Assembly: GCA_012295275.1 (NCBI GenBank)
Contig: CM022678.1
Location: 13,392,001 to 13,456,000 of the forward strand
Reading direction: 5' to 3'
Length of the DNA stretch: 64,000 nt
DNA from: Chrysomallon squamiferum
Lineage: Eukaryota > Animalia > Mollusca
A model generated the notes under the pieces. The model saw nothing but the letters and a program-made list of their open reading frames with translations, made no database searches and was not told the DNA's origin. Position numbers and translations under genes: made by a program. Below are positions 61,021-64,000 of this stretch, piece by piece; position 1 is the stretch's first letter; each line of letters opens with the position of its first letter.

Positions 61021-62384
61021 GATCACCATTGCTGAGACGATCACAGTCACATCAAGATTAGCATCAGAGTATAAATCTACTTTAGAAAAGAGCATATCTG
61101 ACTTAAGTGAAGCATCACAATGACTGGTAAATATCAACGATGGCAATATTAAAGCATTTCGTTTTTTTTCTAAGTGTAACTTGTAGAATTATTTATTTAT
61201 TTATATCAGTTTTTCTCAGTATGTTGTATTTAAAACCAAACATATTTTGATTCCCTACCTACAAATGAAAAGATAAAGAAACGTGAATTTTAAACGTCTG
61301 TTGTTTGTAAAAGTGGAAATTAATTCAATTGTCTTTCTGAAGACACGTTTCACACCCTCAGTGTTTGTGTGAGTGTGTGTTCTTGTGTCTGTGCATGTGT
61401 TGAAGCAGAACAAGAAAGTACAGCCTTGGTTTGACAAGGTTAGTTATTTATTGATCACACATAACATTGCTCCAAAACACCGACATTTCTAAAACGTAGC
61501 TGTGTGCGTCTGTCTGAGTCGTATAATTAATTAAAATATTTAATAGAATTGCCTCTTCTTAAATGTTAGCCAAGAAGTAAATCAATAAATTATCATAATC
61601 ATAATTCCTTTAGGTATTTTTCCACCCCATTCACAGTTGAACTGATGTGTTGTGTGTGCTCGTGATTGTTAATAAACTTTTAATAAACGACAAAATTGAC
61701 TATAACAGAGTTTACCAGCTTTGAAACAGAAAGCGGGAAAAAAGGACAGGAAAGGGAGATAAAGCTGTATGGCGAAGAAGGATGACTACTACTACTACAA
61801 ATAATAATAATCAAAAGAGAAGGCAAAGGATTCATACAGATACAGATTTTGAAACTACGGGAACACACTCTACTAATAAATATAATAATAAATATATAAA
61901 AACACCCAGGATGACCCTCTCATCAACCAAACAACAACAAATTATTTCACTGAAAAATATCCACCATAAAAACGATAATTATTAAAATAAAATTAAACAG
62001 AACGTAGTGTCCATATCTGCGCACTTAGAAACGCACACACACACACAAACACATAGACGTGAAATGTGACAAGATAGAAGTTGAACTGAATTTTCACTCT
62101 TACGAGTAACATGTTTAAAACTGAAATTTCGTTATCAGAAATTCAGAAACTGGAACTGTACTCTTATAGCCTGATGAACAACAGATGTGTTTTACGAACA
62201 GATAAAATAAATCACAACTTGCTTGATGTCCACAAGTCAGAACTAAACTCTGTAACAGGTTTGTTGTGGAGCGAGGATTTCTTACATAGTCTGTCATATT
62301 AAATAATACTTGATAGTTATTTTATCATTATTTTAAGTTAATTTTTTTTTTTTTTTTTTTTTTTTTTAATTGTTATTGTTATTT

Positions 62385-62431
<47 letters not shown>

Positions 62432-63031
62432 TTAAAAAATAAATAAGATTATATATTATATGCGAAGAATCCAAATACACTGTCTATTTCGTTACATTTT
62501 GTAAGATTTGAAAGCAAAGTTACTTGACAAAGTAATACGGTCTTTATTTCGAAATTCAACAAAGGGGATGTTAATTAAGATATCTCTATATAAGGAGAAG
62601 AGAAATCAGATTAGCTGTAAATAATCCTTTTTGTGCACACTGATTACCAGTTGAATAATCTAATTCCAAATTATTCCAAATAGGATACATAGAACAGCAT
62701 ACGTATTAAGAAAAATGCAAAATATACAATATGTTCATTATTCCTTTAAATAATTTTATTTATTCAAAAGCGAATGTATATTTTAACTGGCTTCCAGATT
62801 TACTGCGTAGACCTATAATCAACATGTTTTAACTATTTTAGTTAAGAAAAATACTAAATAAAAGATATTCTCTCAAGTTTATATTAACATATATCTATAA
62901 AAGCACATCTCTGATCAAATTCTATACAGTGCCAGACATATGGATATATAGAGAATACACACGTTTGTTAGAGACAATGGAAAAAGATTGAGACAGAGAC
63001 AAAATGAAAACTGAAACAGTAAACAAACGTC

Positions 63032-64000
63032 CTCAGTAGACAAACCAGTTTACTGCAAGTTTTTATTATTTATTTATTTATGATGTACTCAGTAGACAAA
63101 CCAGTTTAATGCAAGTTTTTATTATTTATTTATGATGTACTCAGTAGTAGACAAACCAGTTTAATGCAAGTTTTTATTATTTATTTATTTATGATGTACT
63201 CAGTAGTAGACAAACCAGTTTAATGCAAGTTATTATTATTTATTTATTTATGATGTACTCAGTAGTTGACAAACCAGTTTAATGCAAGTTATTATTATTT
63301 ATTTATTTATTTATCAGTTTGACAAACCAGTTTAATGATGTACTCAGTAGTTGACAAACCAGTTTAATGCAAGTTTTTATTATTTATTTATTTATGATGT
63401 TCTCAGTAGTAGACAAACCAGTTTAATGCAAGTTTTTATTATTTATTTATTTATTTATGATGACAAACCAGTTTAATGCAAGTTTTTATTATTTATTTAT
63501 TTATGATGTTCTCAGTAGACAAACCAGTTTAATGCAAGTTTTTATTATTTATTTATTTATGATGTACTCAGTAGTTGACAAACCAGTTTAATGTTTTTAT
63601 TATTTATTTATTTAATGTTTTGACAAACCAGTTTTAGTTTTTATTATTTATTTATTTATGATGTTCTCAGTAGTAGACAAACCAGTTTAATGCAAGTTTT
63701 TATTATTTATTTATTTATGATGTACTCAGTAGTTGACAAACCAGTTTAATGCAAGTTTTTATTATTTTTTTGTTTTATGTACTCAGTAGTTGACAAACCA
63801 GTTTAATGCAAGTTTTTATTATTTATTTATTTATGATGTACTCAGTAGTTGACAAACCAGTTTAATGCAAGTTTTTATTATTTATTTATTTACTCAGTAG
63901 TAGACAAACCAGTTTAATGCAAGTTTTTATTATTTATTTATTTATGATGTTCTCAGTAGTAGACAAACCAGTTTAATGCAAGTTTTTATTATTTATTTAT
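63032..64000. repeat. Minisatellite, about 18 copies of a mostly 50-59 bp unit (CTCAGTAG(TA/TT)GACAAACCAGTTTAATGCAAGTTTTTATTATTTATTTATTTATGATGTA), running off the window end
   Basis: Direct observation. Confidence 0.95.

Noticed and set aside
63032-64000. CRISPR-like array
   Set aside because: The variable parts are (TTTA)n slippage, not unique spacers; eukaryotic context.

Overview
AT-rich, intron-containing animal genomic DNA with many microsatellites. It is probably lophotrochozoan or molluscan (inference), and not prokaryotic. Manual splice reconstruction (GT-AG, phase-consistent) gives eight protein-coding genes: (1) the 3' part of a Bfr1-like coiled-coil gene (+, 963-5766); (2) pyrroline-5-carboxylate reductase (-, 9447-12040); (3-6) four invertebrate claudin-like (Kune/Pickel/Sinuous-type) paralogs sharing intron positions (three on -, one on +, 14373-33075); (7) a GT11 alpha-1,2-fucosyltransferase inserted antisense inside that cluster (18174-19938); and (8) an 18-exon PsuG-PsuK pseudouridine-catabolism fusion (-, 37059-49109). 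The rest holds decayed hAT-like transposons, a pseudogene fragment and minisatellites. The most notable observations are: repeated tandem duplications anchored on splice junctions in three genes (including about 15 stacked copies of one acceptor), an animal Bfr1-like protein, a possible internal mitochondrial cleavage site in the PsuG-PsuK fusion, shared E-box and YY1-like motifs at the claudin starts, and a strand-asymmetric multi-hairpin element in a claudin intron. Family assignments come from recalled motifs; no database searches were run.
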